DNA from: Narcine bancroftii
Taxonomy: Eukaryota
Length of the DNA stretch: 64,000 bases
Direction: 5' to 3'
NCBI RefSeq assembly: GCF_036971445.1
Contig: NC_091471.1
Span: 350,610,001 to 350,674,000, forward strand
Part shown: positions 1-13,135 of the stretch, one piece after another
Layout of the letters: every line of letters starts with the position of its first letter
Position numbering within the stretch: position 1 is the stretch's first letter
Notes under the pieces: generated by a model
Database searches by the model: none
What the model was told of the DNA's origin: nothing
Seen by the model: the letters and a program-made list of their open reading frames with translations, nothing else
Translations under genes and position numbers: made by a program

Positions 1-1399
1 GGCAACATAATGAAGGACCCACTCAACACCCCCCCATACATAAACACGTTTCTCCCTCCTTCACTTTTGAAGGTTCAAAAGTGAAAAATTGCACATCAAT
101 ATGTTTAAAGATCAGCTTCTTGGAAGAATTCTGGCTAAGATCACCCATCATATTCAGAGACTAGACATAGGACAGTAGTTTGCCGAGGATTTGTCAGAGT
201 ATGTTGAATCGAGTTGATAAGTATAACTGAAAGCCACATTCATAGTTGAAATTGCACTGATGCAGCTGTATTATTTGCTACCTAACAGGACAGAAAGGAA
301 CAATAGCTGATCATGTTTGCATTTTGCCTTCGGAATCCAACTTCTCCAATGATTTGATCATTCTAAAATCTCACTATCTAGCCAAGTGAAGTAGAAAGAT
401 GATTAAAAGTTGAAGATCAGGATTTTACCACAATATGATATACATGCACATGGAATAACCTGCCTGCAACCTTGAAATGATCATAATCTTATTATTCAAC
501 AATAAATGCAAAATAACCAGTCTTTAGAATCAAATAATTCTTCCCACACAACATACTATTAATGATTTTATTAAGAGATACTTCAAAAGTATCAAGTTAC
601 ATTGAAGCAAAAGGCCTTCTTACTTCTTCTACAGAAAACCTCATTACTTTTCCTGATAAATGAACTGTTTAATATTCATTCCACAAAAACATGCAATAAA
701 CAATATGTTAACGCAGATCAGCTTACTCTGGATTGAAACATCCAAACATTAACCACAGGAAGTAGCAGAACTCACCAATTCAATTCAAAAGTTGATATTT
801 GGTGGTATCAATAATCAAAAAGACTTTTCAAATCAATATTCATATTGTTCCATCACCTTAAAGTAAATCTGTATCAATAAAATGAACTATGAAAAACTAG
901 TTTTATTTAAAATGAGTGGGATTGTTTTTCAAGAAAAATAGACAATGAAAATCAACAAGATCTGTCAAATCCAATAGTCACCATAGTAACTTATCAAAGG
1001 GAATTTATCAATGTTCCTCTTTCCACTTTTCCTACCAAGACTCCCTGGATTTAGAATTTGAAAAATTACATCTCTTTCACTTTTCTCACAATTTATTTGG
1101 CACATCAAAACTACTCACCTATGAGCTTCTCATGGCTTATAAACAAAAGAAGCAGCTGTACACTCACTAACCATAAACAAATGCTACTCATAATCAATGC
1201 AACTTCAACCTTAGAACTACCTCTGAGCATTAAATTTAAAAATTCAATTTACCATTTACTTCTCTTATGTTTTTGTTACAACTCACAATATATTTAAACC
1301 ATCTAAAACTAAACTAAAATAATTGAGATATCAAGCTCTGTGCAGTGACAGACACTCACTTCCAACTCAAGCTTGTGCACAGCTCCAGGGAAGTGAGTA

Positions 1400-2142
1400 C
1401 AAGCAGACCCTGGGTTAAAAACATCCGATTTATAAACAACCTGTAGTTACGAACCAACAAGTCTACTGGAAGTGGAACGACATCAAATTTCTGTTTGAGC
1501 ATGGTTGAGTCATAATTCTAATAGTAATGGCCAAAAATGGTTAAATTAGTATCATGTCACCAATAGTCCCCACACTGGTCCCACTGCCCCGCACCCCCCT
1601 TCCAAAAGCCCGCCACCACCCCCCACACCAATCTCGGGGCGGGGGAATGGGGTAGAGGGAGAAGAAGCAGCAGCGGCATGCACCATCGCAATGCTGCTGT
1701 CAGGCTACACATGGCCTGGGCAAAGCTACGAGTGGGTGATGCGATGAGCAGCCTGGCGGAGGGGAGGGAGAAAAAGTACCAGCAGAGTGTGCTATTGTGA
1801 TGCTGCTGTCAGGCTACGCCAAATGCAGGCGGGCAAGGCACCACCAAGGGAGAGAGGAGCGAGCAAAGGAGCCAGGCACGGACACGAAGGAGTGAAGATG
1901 CAGGAGGGCCATGGGGTACCTGTACTAAAGCCATCTCTCCATCTTCTCCGGTAAGCGTTAACTTTTAAGTAGTTACTTTTATTATTGTATACAGTACTGT
2001 ATTATTATTTATGTACTGTATTATTATCTTTAAGGTGTTTTAGTGTATTGATGCTAAGGACCATATGTACCTGTTCTGAGTTGCATTCAAATTTGAATTA
2101 GACTTAGGTAACGGAACTCATTTTTAACCCAGGGACTGCCTA
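1400..2142. mobile_element. Non-autonomous Tc1/mariner-pogo (Tigger-like) MITE
   Basis: Terminal inverted repeats CAAGCAGACCCTGGGTTAAAAA / TTTTTAACCCAGGGACTGCCTA, flanked by TA at 1398 and 2143; no transposase. Confidence 0.7.
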
Positions 2143-3094
2143 TACATGATTTTGAATGTCACATCGATACTCTGAAAAGGGAATAGCCCACTGCCAAAGG
2201 TGCAACCTTTCATTAACCAGAGGCTTTGGCTGACCACAAGATAATATAAGAGAGAATCCAGAAGACTTTTCAAAAATGAATAAAGTTCTCTCAGTATAAT
2301 ATGGATTCTGCTGCCTTATGTTCATTGAGTGATATTTCAGAAGTACTGGTGCTTGATTTAGCTTTGTCTTGAACATCCAAATATTGGAAAAGGTCTCAAA
2401 TAGACAAGTTCTTCCCTTCTTAATTCTCTGAAACAAGATCCCATTTTGAATGAAAAGTATACATACACACACACACACGCTCAAGCACCAAAATCTTGGC
2501 TGACATTTCATTGAAGTGTAGGAGCAATGAACTGTTAGAAGTGATGTATTTCAGTTGAGACTTAAACATGAAGATGTACCCATCTCTCAAATATAGAAAG
2601 TTCAATGACATTATTTCAAAAACTTTTCCTCCCTGTGGACAGGACAGGTCTGACCCTCATAATACATCAAGTGTTTCGATAAACTGGTCATAGTTCTCAT
2701 TAACTCCAGCCTCCCAACAACTTGATCCACTACAATCAAAAGGTCCACAGTATCTCCGACTGACAGTCTGCAATTAGTGACCCAATGCAATTCAATACCA
2801 TCACAGTAGGTTCACAGCATCTCCAACCTAGAGTTTGGAATTAGTAACAACACCTTGTGCACAATAATTCTGAACAACAATGCTTTGCAAGATTAAATTT
2901 ACTATACTTATACTCTCATGACTATGTGGCCAAATACTGCTCCAACTTCATCTACTAGTTGACAAATAATACCGTCATTGTAGGCCAGATCTCAAAGTCG
3001 AGACAGCAGACTGGAAGGAAAGAGAGGTTATGGTGGCATGGTGTCAGGACAACAACATCCGACTCAATGTCAATAAAATGAAGGAGCTAATCAG

Positions 3095-4290
3095 TGGAGT
3101 CATGGCCATGCAATGGACCTAAACAGATATGTCTTGGTTGAGTTCTCCGTGAAGAGTTAAAACTTTAAATCAAAATTTAAATCAAGATTTTCTTCATCAA
3201 AAATAAAGCTAACACAAAGAAGCCAAGGCAACTGAGATTGAAGTTCCTATGCAATCGGGAACTTTGGGTGAAAGTCCGAAAGGGAGTAGTGCAAAATTGG
3301 TGACGTAACTTGCAGAACCAGGTAAATTTGGGGAGTCGGGTCAAGAGCCGAGCATCATCCTAGAAGAAAAATGGAGAATTTGAGTAACCAATTCATAAGT
3401 GTTGAAACTGTATGAGAGATATGACAGAAAAAATGAACAATTTTTTTTAAATCGTTAAAGATCTGATGTAGAGAATGGGTTGAGCAGAGGTTGAATTGAT
3501 GAAAATGCATGAAAAAAGAATGAGAGTCAGATAAACAAGGACTGCTGGATAAAATTGATTATATGGAAAACTTCAGTCAACAGAACAATGTCCAAATTAT
3601 TAGTCTAAAGGAAGGAATCGAGGGAAGAGACCTGTTGAACTTTTTTCAAAAATGGATCCCACAAGTGTTGGGAGAAGACAAATTTGGAGAAAAATTGCAT
3701 CTCGAGAGATCTCACCAAACACTTGGACCCAGAAGATCCAGCGATTGAGACCAGTTTTGATGAGGCTTTTAAGCTACCGAGAATGGGAGATAATTCTGGG
3801 AGCAGTATATGACTTCTCTAAACAGAATAATGGACTGTCCAAGGTTGATCATGAAAAAGTACTATTTTTTCAAGTCTTTAGCCTGACCTTAATTGAACAA
3901 AGAAAAGAATTAGAAGATGTGAAAAGACAACTATGTGCTAAAGACTCAAAATATTCAATGATATATCCCGCAACTGGGAGGACTGAAGTAGCAGAAGGGA
4001 AGTGGCGATTCTTCAAGACCAAGAATGAGGTGGAAGATTTTCTGCATAGTTTGTCAAAAAAGATTGAGGTTGCCAAGGGAGAAGATAGTAAAAATATTTA
4101 TAATGGAACCAAGTAGTGAAAGATGGGTTTTTTTTGTCAAACCACCTTGTATTTATTGTTTAAAAGTAAAAGGTTGAAAGCTCAATAAAAAGGGGAAAAA
4201 ATCTGGGAAAAGTAGTAGCAGGGAGTGAATGGTGCCTGGAAAGGAGTAACAAAAAAAAAGGTGCTAAAGGGAGGGGTTCTTCTTCAAGAG
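3095..4290 (+). mobile_element. L1/Tx1-type LINE 5' part with disrupted ORF1
   Basis: MENFSQQNNVQIISLKEGIEGRDLL...LERSH and RPVLMRLLSYRE...YSMIYPA: ORF1p RRM/CTD motifs split by frameshifts. Confidence 0.75.
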
Positions 4291-4319
4291 ATTCCGCGGC
4301 CTTTTGAAGCTCTACATAT

Positions 4320-5410
4320 ACATCACTGTCGGGGCTGCTCTTCATAGACTACAGCTTGGCTTTCAATATCATTATTCCCTCAGTGCTGGTCAAGAAGCTA
4401 CAAACTCTAGGCCTCTGTACCCCACCTCTGCAACTGGATCCTTGACTTTCTCATCAGAAGACCAGTCAGTACGAATTGGAAACAATGTCTCCTCCTCACT
4501 GATTATCAACACAAGTGCACCCCAAGTATGTGTGCTTAGCCCACTGCTCTACTCATTATACTCCCACAACTGTGTGGCCAGGCACAATTCCAATGCTATC
4601 CACAAGTTTGCCAACGACACCTCAGTTGTCGGCAGAATCACAAACTGCAAAAAGGAAGCGTACAGAAGGGAGAGAGATCAGCTCGTTCAATGATGTAATG
4701 ATGACAAACTTACATCAGCAAAATCAAGAAGATGATTGTGGACTAGGAGGAAGTCAGGGGAACATGGCCCAGTCCTCATTGAGGGCTCAGTAATGGAGAG
4801 AGCCAAGAACTTCCAATTCCTGGGTGTCAACATCTCTGAGGATCTGTCCTGGAGCCACCACGTTGACGCAATCACAAAGAAGGCTTTCCAGCAGCTATAT
4901 TTTGTGAGGTGTCTGAGGTTTGGTATGTCACCGAAGACTCTCGTAAACATCTACAGATGCACCATGGAGAGCAATCTGGCCGGTTCCATCAGTGTCTGGT
5001 ATGGAGGCACCAACTCTCAGGACAAGAATAAACTCCAGAGGGTTGTTAACTCAGCCTGCAACACGACAGGCACCAGACTTCACTCCATCGAGGACATCTA
5101 CACAAGGCTATGTCTTAAAAAAACAGCCTCTATGCTCAAAGACCCCCACTACCCAGGCCATGCCCTTTTCACACTGCTACCATAGGAAAAAGGTACAGTG
5201 GCATTTAGTGGCACAAGGACAACCACTTCTCACTGCCATCAGATCCTTAAATAATCAAAGGCACTGCCTTACTTTTCGTGTACAATTATTGTTAGTATTT
5301 TTTTATATATAGTAATGCCGTAAGATGGTATAATATGTATGTTTGCACTATAATGCTGCCACAAAACACTGAATTTCATGTCTGTTCATGACAATAAATC
5401 CTGATTCTGA
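4320..5410 (+). mobile_element. Rex1/Babar-like LINE, 3' part of RT
   Basis: APQVCVLSPLLYSLY, KFANDT, FLGVNISEDLSWSHH, YRCTMESNL...WYG; ends in an AATAAATCCTGATTCTGA tail. Confidence 0.8.
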
Positions 5411-6479
5411 TACAGTACCTTTCCTGCTCCAATTAATTACATTGATGTTATTGCCATGAAAATATACCAACACTTCTACTTCCTCAGTAGCCTGAGAATA
5501 TTCAGCAATGTCCCCAGTGTCTCTTACCAATTTTTTTTAGATGAACAACAGAAAGTATCCTGCCTACATGAATCACATGTTGGAAATGGAATTGCTCTGT
5601 CCAAGAACAAATGCAATTGCAGAGAGTTGTGAATGCAGCTCAGACCATCACACAAATGAACCTCCATCAACTCTGTCTACATTTCCCACTGTTTCAAGGA
5701 GCAGGCAGGGGTGCAAACAAACTTTGAAATATTTTTGTTCTGAATTTCATTGTGATTTTTATGATCAAGAAAACAATTTGTTACTGCACTTTTTTGTAGT
5801 CTCCATCAAATTCTTAACAAATTAAAAATGTTTTGATGTCCATATTCTCTTATCTTTTTAAAATCTTAAAAGCAAGTTGTACAAATTTATACAAAAGTCT
5901 AAAAATGACAATTGCAATTAATAAACATGGACAATTCTTTTTCTCCCCCTGATGCTGCTCGACCTGCTGAATTCCTCCAGCAGATCATTTGTTGCTTCAG
6001 ATTCCAGTAGTTGCAATCTCTCACATCTCCAGTTAAAATACTGTCCTAATTGAGCACCAATCACACATCAAAACTCCCTTTTTAAATTTGATATTTTTAA
6101 AACTCTCTTCTCACTGAAGATTTATCTTTTACTGAAATACTTTCTGCCAGCACAAAGCACTGTTCAATTGTATTAATTCGATAAACAAACCTTTCAGGCT
6201 ACAATGAACAAGAGGAACAGAGTAAGTCAGCATCATTTGAGAGATATGGCAAGTCAGCATTTTGGGTCAGGGCAATTAACAAGAATAAAATGGGAAGCAG
6301 AAATATAAATGGGAAAAAAGGAGGTTGGGTGTGGAGGGACCAAGTGGTGATCAGGTTCTGGTTTAGAAGGTGCAAGAGGTGGAGATGTTGGTCGAGGAGA
6401 ACAACACTGAGGGAGGTGAGGAGAGAAGGTTTAGGTCAATCCACAGGACCATTTAAGAGTGGCAGAGGGAATCCCTGGA

Positions 6480-6868
6480 GTCCCTCTTCCCTCACCATCG
6501 ACATGATCTACCGGAATTGTTGATGAAGAGGGTGCACAAAATCATTGAGAACCATTTTCACCCTGCATCTTTCAGTTGCTCCCTTTGGGGAAGAAATACA
6601 GGAGTATTAAAGCCAGCACCACCAGGGTGAGGGACAGATTCTTTCCACGTGCAGTAAGAATGCTGAACAACCAAAGGAACTGCTCACACTAACCATTCGA
6701 GACTCTCATGTTCATAAAACAATATTTATATAGATGAAATCCTTGTTCTGCATATGCATTGTATGTGAGTTATGTTTGGTTGCACGTCTGCACATTTTGC
6801 ACCAAGGATGGTAGAACGCTGTTTCATCAGGTTTTACTTGTACAATCAGGTGACAATAAACTTGACTT
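6480..6868 (+). mobile_element. Rex1/Babar-like LINE 3' end fragment
   Basis: Same 3'-terminal layout as 5080-5410, ending in AATAAACTTGACTT. Confidence 0.5.
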
Positions 6869-6919
6869 CAGAAAAGTGGGAATGGGAGCAGGTAGAGATG
6901 GAAACGATGGAACTAGATA

Positions 6920-7830
6920 GGGGTGGTGATTACCCAAAATTCACTGTTCATGCCATTGGGTTTAAGGATATCCAGGTGGATACATATTGATCTTCAAGTT
7001 TAAGTTTAACCTCACCCTGACAATGGAAGAGGCCGAAGACAGACATTGCTGCATGTAATTAAAATAGCTGGCAACTGCAAGTTGCAGATTCAATACATGC
7101 CTAGGGAAATGGTCACTCATCTGTGTTTGGTCTCACTGATGGACAGGAGACAATGCAAAGACCATTGACTTCAGTAAATTAGGTTAAGCAATGTTCATCA
7201 AAATCTCTGCTGCAACTGGAAGAGCTGTATATGGTTCTGGATGGAGGTGAAGCAAGAAATGTAGGAATAGGCTTCTGCAGTAACAGAGGAAAGTGTCTTA
7301 GAGAGCAGAACAGGGAGTCTCAGAGTATAATCCCTGTGAAAAACAGATAAAGAGAGGAAGATGTGGCTGGTGGTGGAATCTCACTGAAGTTGGCAGAAGT
7401 GTCAGAGAATGATGTGTTAGATGTAGTGGTGTGAAAAGTGAGCATCAAGGAAACTCTATCCTTGGGGAGGGTGGAGGGGAATGAGATAAGAAGTGCATAA
7501 AATGGAGGCGAAGCAAGGGCATTTTCAAATGACTGGGGGGGGGAAGGAGAAACAATGTTTCTTGAAAATAAAATATGACATTTTGGATGTTCTGGATTAG
7601 AAGGCATCCCAAAAACAAATGTTGCTGAAGTGGAGGAATTGGGCTAAAGATATAAAACCTTGCCCAAGACTGGGTGCAAAATTGCAAAGTCCCAGTAACT
7701 GTAGGAGTAAGTGGGTTTGTAATAGATGTTCATGGATAATTTGTCTCCCGAGATGGAGACAGTAGTCTAGAAAAGACAGAGATGCATCAGAAACAGCCCA
7801 AGTAAATTTCTGGGCAATTACCCAAAGGTC
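6920..7830 (-). mobile_element. Penelope-like element fragment
   Basis: Minus strand encodes degenerate FLD...ISGDKLSMNIYYKPTYSYSY and DRVSLMLTFH motifs of PLE reverse transcriptase. Confidence 0.6.
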
Positions 7831-8109
7831 AACAACAGGGTATTCACTTACCAGTATCATCCAACATGCACGTACAAATTTTCCAAACTGACAAGCAGCA
7901 AGCAGTCCAGAAGATTCCCCCTCCTTCTAACCCCAAGGTTAATTACAATTTACATTTAAATAGTCTGGTTGAGATCAGTTAGTTAAAGACCAGCCATTGA
8001 AACTGTAACATATGTATGCATTTCAAAATATTCTCATTTCTTCCAATGAGACTACCAAGTCCGAAAGACAGTGCAAGACACCCTAAAGCACTCTACTGAA
8101 GTATCTCAC

Positions 8110-8520
8110 ATGGTTATCCACTAACGGCAGCATTCTTTACCTAAAAATGAAAGTCATGGGTTTATGACCGATTCTCGACATTTAAATTCAATCTTGTCTG
8201 GCACTTCAGTAAAGTACTGATAGAGTGCAACATTGTCAAGATTATCATTCTTCAGATGGATCAAACAGATGTTCTATGTGTCTTCTCAAATGGATATAGA
8301 AACCTTTGTGGCATTAATTGAACTCAAGCAGGAAAGTTCCCCTAATTCATGATCACAACTGACATACCAAAACCAGAATTATTTGGTAATTTATGCACCT
8401 GTGTTGTACTGCCTGCTGTACTTCCCCCGACGTTACATCTCTGACTGCATTGCAAAAGTACTTTGCTGACCGTGAGACACTTTGAAATATTTTAAGGGCA
8501 TGAAAGACACCTTGAAGTGT
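8110..8520 (+). mobile_element. Deu-domain SINE (SacSINE1/AmnSINE-like), degenerate
   Basis: CAGTAAAGTACTGATAGAGTGCAACATTGTC...CTTCAGATG...CAAAAGTACTT...CACTTTG follows the Deu-domain and tail order as recalled. Confidence 0.55.
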
Positions 8521-9499
8521 AGTAAAACCAGATGGTGCATTCGCATTACATAAATTGAAAGTGAAAGACTAAACAATAGGTTTTCTTGGTCGCTTCGGTT
8601 GATGAAGTAGGTGGCCAAGAGCCTTGGTCCTCGGGAACGGGCATTGTGGAAGCTTTTCCACAACTCAAGCCGCCACATGAAGTCTTGTTTTAAAATCTCA
8701 TCCAAAAGAAATCGCTTCTTTCACGCATACTAGGAAATGCTGGACATTTCTAACATTTCACAACTCTCTGAAAAGACAGCACGACTCAGCCAAGCTGACA
8801 CACAAGCAGTAGTAATGAAGGGCTCAGAAGCATAAAGATACATTTTTACTCCGTATTTTGTTTTAAATTGGAACACCACTTCCTCATTTGAAACATATTT
8901 CAAACCACGACAAAATTGGGACGTGGCTACTTTGGCATAAATTGTCCCAAAAACTAACTTCCAGACTGAAGTAATGCAAATTTTAATCACAAATTACAAA
9001 TAGATATAGAACAAAGAATACAAGCATAGCAACACAAACAAACTTTGATTTTTTGCCAAGTTGTTGCTGAATGCCTGTCGAAGGCTCAGAAGACCAATAT
9101 AACTACCCGGTAGTTGGATTTTTTTTTAAAAAACCCCAGTGGCACATTTATTTCCAATTCCACTCACGAGGAGAAAAGATTGAACACTCTCTCCAGTCCG
9201 ACCCGACCTCGGGAACGGGTTCCGAGGCACTGAATCTCCAGGAAACAGGCGATTGTAAAATTGTCTGAAGACACCAGCCCTCACAAGATCAATCAAAATG
9301 ATCTCCAATTCCAAAACCAGAGAACGAGGAAACCACCAACAAATTTTCAGTCAAGTTCAAACACATTCATTAAAAATGGGAGGGAAAGCGCAAAACAAAA
9401 CAAAAAATAAAAGAACCTGATCCCCCCCCCCCCCCCAATAAAACACTCCCACCAACAAGCTCCATTCACAAATAATAAAAGAAAAGGGGGAAAGGGAAG

Positions 9500-10200
9500 G
9501 ATCCATTTAAAGCAGCCTTATGGTAAAGCACTGAGGGGAGGTGGGGGCGCGCATTCACGCCGCTTCCTTACCTGTGAGGCGTAATTTGACCGGCCCGTTC
9601 CTCCTGGCCCCTTGGTTCGACATGTTGCCCAACGCTCCGGGCGAAGTTTGACGGCCGGTGCCGGTGGCCGAGCGCGGGCGGCCGCGTCTCCCCCCTTCCC
9701 CCCGAGCGAGCGAACAATGATGGCCTCCTCGAGCCCGATGGCCCGGATGTGCATAGCACTCGCTCGCCGTCCGACGGCCAGAGGGGGGAACTAGACCGAC
9801 AAAAATAAAAAAATAAAAAACAGACACCGTTCCCCTCAGGAAATTAAAAGAAAACAACTCTTCAGTTCGAAATCGCTAAAAAAAAAAATCATTTTCACTT
9901 GGGCAGCGGCGAGCCTGACCTGCCCTGGCCGTTGGCGCGCGCACACACACACAGACACCCCGTCTGGAGATCAGTGGCAGCGGGCTCGTCTCCGCATCTT
10001 CCGATCGCGCCTCCGGGTTCAACGTGATTATCACTCCTTCCTGCAGGTTGTTGCCGTGAGTATGTTCGTCCGTGCACGGAGAAGTAGGGGAGTAATCATT
10101 TGCCGCCGGGGCGGAGGGAAAAGTTGGGGATGATCCGTACTCTCTTCTTCAGTGGGAGCCCCGGTGTTGGTGGGAGCCCCGTGCTGACATCAGCCGGCTC
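9500..10200 (-). promoter_or_regulatory. SMURF2: CpG island / SMURF2 promoter and 5'UTR
   Basis: GC- and CpG-rich stretch in AT-rich surroundings, covering the first exon; GC box GGGGCGGAG near 10108. TSS not determinable. Confidence 0.7.
9572..9623 (-). CDS. SMURF2: SMURF2 (HECT E3 ubiquitin ligase) first coding exon; remainder of gene lies left of the window
   Basis: ATG at 9623 reads MSNQGARRNGPVKLRLT+G, then a GTAAGG donor at 9571. This matches the SMURF2 N-terminus (MSNxGxRRNGPVKLRLT) rather than SMURF1 (RRNGSSIKIRLT). The exon sits in a CpG island. Confidence 0.93.
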
Positions 10201-12450
10201 TTCCCTCCCTCTCTGGCCCTTTCACCTTCCCTGGCTCTTCCCTCCCCTCTTCCTCCCCCTCTCCAGACCTTCCTTCCTGGCCCTGACTCTTCCCTCCCCT
10301 CTCCCTCCTTACTTCCCTCCTGGGCCTGGTTCTTCCCTCCCCTCTCTGGCCTTTCCCTCCCCCCCCCTGGCCCTTCCCTCCCCCCCTCTCCGGCCCTTCC
10401 CTCCCCCCCTCAACGGCCCTTCCCTCCCCCCCTCTCCGGCCCTTCCCTCCCCCCCTCTCCGGCCCTTCCCTCCCCCCCTCTCCGGCCCTTCCCTCCCCCC
10501 CTCTCCGGCCCTTCCCTCCCCCCCTCTCCAGTCCTTCCCTCCTGGGCCTGGCTCTTCCCTCCCATCTCCATCCCTTCCTTCCCTCCCACCCACCCATCTC
10601 CATCCCTTCCTTCCCTCCCACCCACCCATCTCCATCCCTTCCTTCCCTCCCACCCACCCATCTCCATCCCTTCCTTCCCTCCCACCCACCCATCTCCATC
10701 CCTTCCTTCCCTCCCACCCACCCATCTCCATCCCTTCCTTCCCTCCCACCCACCCATCTCCATCCCTTCCTTCCCTCCCACCCACCCATCTCCATCCCTT
10801 CCTTCCCTCCCACCCACCCATCTCCATCCCTTCCTTCCCTCCCACCCACCCATCTCCATCCCTTCCTTCCCTCCCACCCACCCATCTCCATCCCTTCCTT
10901 CCCTCCCACCCACCCATCTCCATCCCTTCCTTCCCTCCCACCCACCCACCCATCTCCATCCCTTCCTTCCCTCCCACCCACCCACCCATCTCCATCCCTT
11001 CCTTCCCTCCCACCCACCCACCCATCTCCATCCCTTCCTTCCCTCCCACCCACCCACCCATCTCCATCCCTTCCTTCCCTCCCACCCACCCACCCATCTC
11101 CATCCCTTCCTTCCCTCCCACCCACCCACCCATCTCCATCCCTTCCTTCCCTCCCACCCACCCACCCATCTCCATCCCTTCCTTCCCTCCCACCCACCCA
11201 CCCATCTCCATCCCTTCCTTCCCTCCCACCCACCCACCCATCTCCATCCCTTCCTTCCCTCCCACCCACCCACCCATCTCCATCCCTTCCTTCCCTCCCA
11301 CCCACCCACCCATCTCCATCCCTTCCTTCCCTCCCACCCACCCACCCATCTCCATCCCTTCCTTCCCTCCCACCCACCCACCCATCTCCATCCCTTCCTT
11401 CCCTCCCACCCACCCACCTCCATCCCTTCCTTCCCTCCCACCCACCCATCTCCATCCCTTCCTTCCCTCCCACCCACCCATCTCCATCCCTTCCCTCCCA
11501 CCCATCTCCATCCCTTCCCTCCCACCCATCTCCATCCCTTCCCTCCCACCCATCTCCATCCCTTCCCTCCCTCCTTAATTCCCTCCTGGTTCTTCCCTCC
11601 CCTCCCCGGCCCTCCCCTCTCCTCCCCTCCCCTCCCCTCTCCGGCCCTCCCCTCCCCTCCCCTCTCCGGCTCTCCCTCCCCTCCCCTCTCCGGCCCTCCC
11701 TCTTCCCTCCCCTCTCCGGCCCTCCCTCTTCCCTCCCCTCTCCGGCCCTCCCTCTTCCCTCCCCTCTCCGGCCCTCCCTCTTCCCTCCCCTCTCCGGCCC
11801 TCCCTCTTCCCTCCCCTCTCCGGCCCTCCCTCTTCCCTCCCCTCTCCGGCCCTCCCTCTTCCCTCCCCTCTCCGGCCCTCCCTCTTCCCTCCCCTCTCCG
11901 GCCCTCCCTCTTCCCTCCCCTCTCCGGCCCTCCCTCTTCCCTCCCCTCTCCGGCCCTCCCTCTTCCCTCCCCTCTCCGGCCCTCCCTCTTCCCTCCCCTC
12001 TCCGGCCCTCCCTCTTCCCTCCCCTCTCCGGCCCTCCCTCTTCCCTCCCCTCTCCGGCCCTCCCCTGCACGGCCCTCCCTTCCCCGGGTCTTCCCTCCCT
12101 CTCTCCCTCCCCCGGGTCTTCCCTCCCTCTCTCCCTCCCCCGGGTCTTCCCTCCCTCTCNNNNNNNNNNNNNNNNNNNNNNNNNNNNNNNNNNNNNNNNN
12201 NNNNNNNNNNNNNNNNNNNNNNNNNNNNNNNNNNNNNNNNNNNNNNNNNNNNNNNNNNNNNNNNNNNNNNNNNNNNNNNNNNNNNNNNNNNNNNNNNNNN
12301 NNNNNNGGTGCTCTCTCTCTCTCTCCCTCCCTACTCCTCTGCTCTTCCCTCCCTCCCAACCAGGCCTAGCTCTTCCCTCTCTCCTGGCCTGGCCTGCTCT
12401 TTCCTCCCTCCCAGCTTGGCTCTTTCTTTCCTCCCAGTCCGACTCCTCCT
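10190..12450. repeat. Compound polypyrimidine/polypurine tandem arrays (23-, 32-, 36-, 24- and 26-bp units) including an N gap
   Basis: Example units: CATCTCCATCCCTTCCTTCCCTCCCACCCACC (32 bp), a +CACC 36-bp variant, and TCTTCCCTCCCCTCTCCGGCCCTCCC (26 bp). Confidence 0.95.
12160..12306. other. Assembly gap (run of N)
   Basis: 147 consecutive N. Confidence 0.99.
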
Positions 12451-12499
12451 GCCCGACTCACTGACAACAAAGCATAGGAACCAAACACTTTTGCGGCCT

Positions 12500-13135
12500 T
12501 CCTGAAATGCTGCCCCTTAAGAAAAAAGCCTTTATCCCTAAGGACCCCACCAACCAGGTCATGCCCTCTTCACTCTGCTATCAAAGGCGAAAAAGGTAAA
12601 GGAGCCTGAAGATCAGCACTCTGTGGCACAAGGCGGCTTCTTCCCCTCTGCCATCAGATTTCTGGATGAACAATGAACCACAAACACTACCTCACTTTGA
12701 CTTTTTCTTGCTCTATTTATTGCACTATAGATCAGCTAGTTGAGTAATGATCTGACAGCAGAGAGGAAGAAGCTGTCCTTGTGTGGCTGAGTGCTCATCT
12801 TCAGGCACCTGTACCTTTTTCCCGATGGTGGCAAAGTGAAGGAGTCCTTGAGGATAGAGGCTACTTTCTTAAGACACTGCCTCTTGTAGATGTCCTCAAT
12901 GAACTGAAGTCTGGTGCCTGTGATGTCGCAGGTCGAGTTAACAACCCTCTGGAGTTTTATTTCTTTCCTGTTTGTTGCACCTCTATACTAGGCAGTAATG
13001 CAACTAGCCAGAATGCTCTCTGCAGTACATCTGTAGAAGTTTGCAAGAGTCTTCAGTGACATACCAAATCTCCTCAAACTTCTCACAAAGTTTAGCTGCT
13101 GGTGACCTTTCTTTGTGATTGCATCAACATGGAGG
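12500..13135. mobile_element. Two Rex1/Babar-like fragments in opposite orientation
   Basis: 12500-12720 resembles 5110-5280 on the plus strand; 12735-13135 resembles the reverse complement of 4850-5240. Confidence 0.6.

Noticed and set aside
1-9500. SMURF2 exon 2 (VLCAKNL...)
   Set aside because: No matching exon seen on the - strand; it probably lies beyond the left edge of the window.
10100-12359. Long ORFs of 416-649 aa (Pro-rich or Gly/Glu/Arg-rich)
   Set aside because: By-products of stop-free pyrimidine tandem repeats, open in several frames on both strands.
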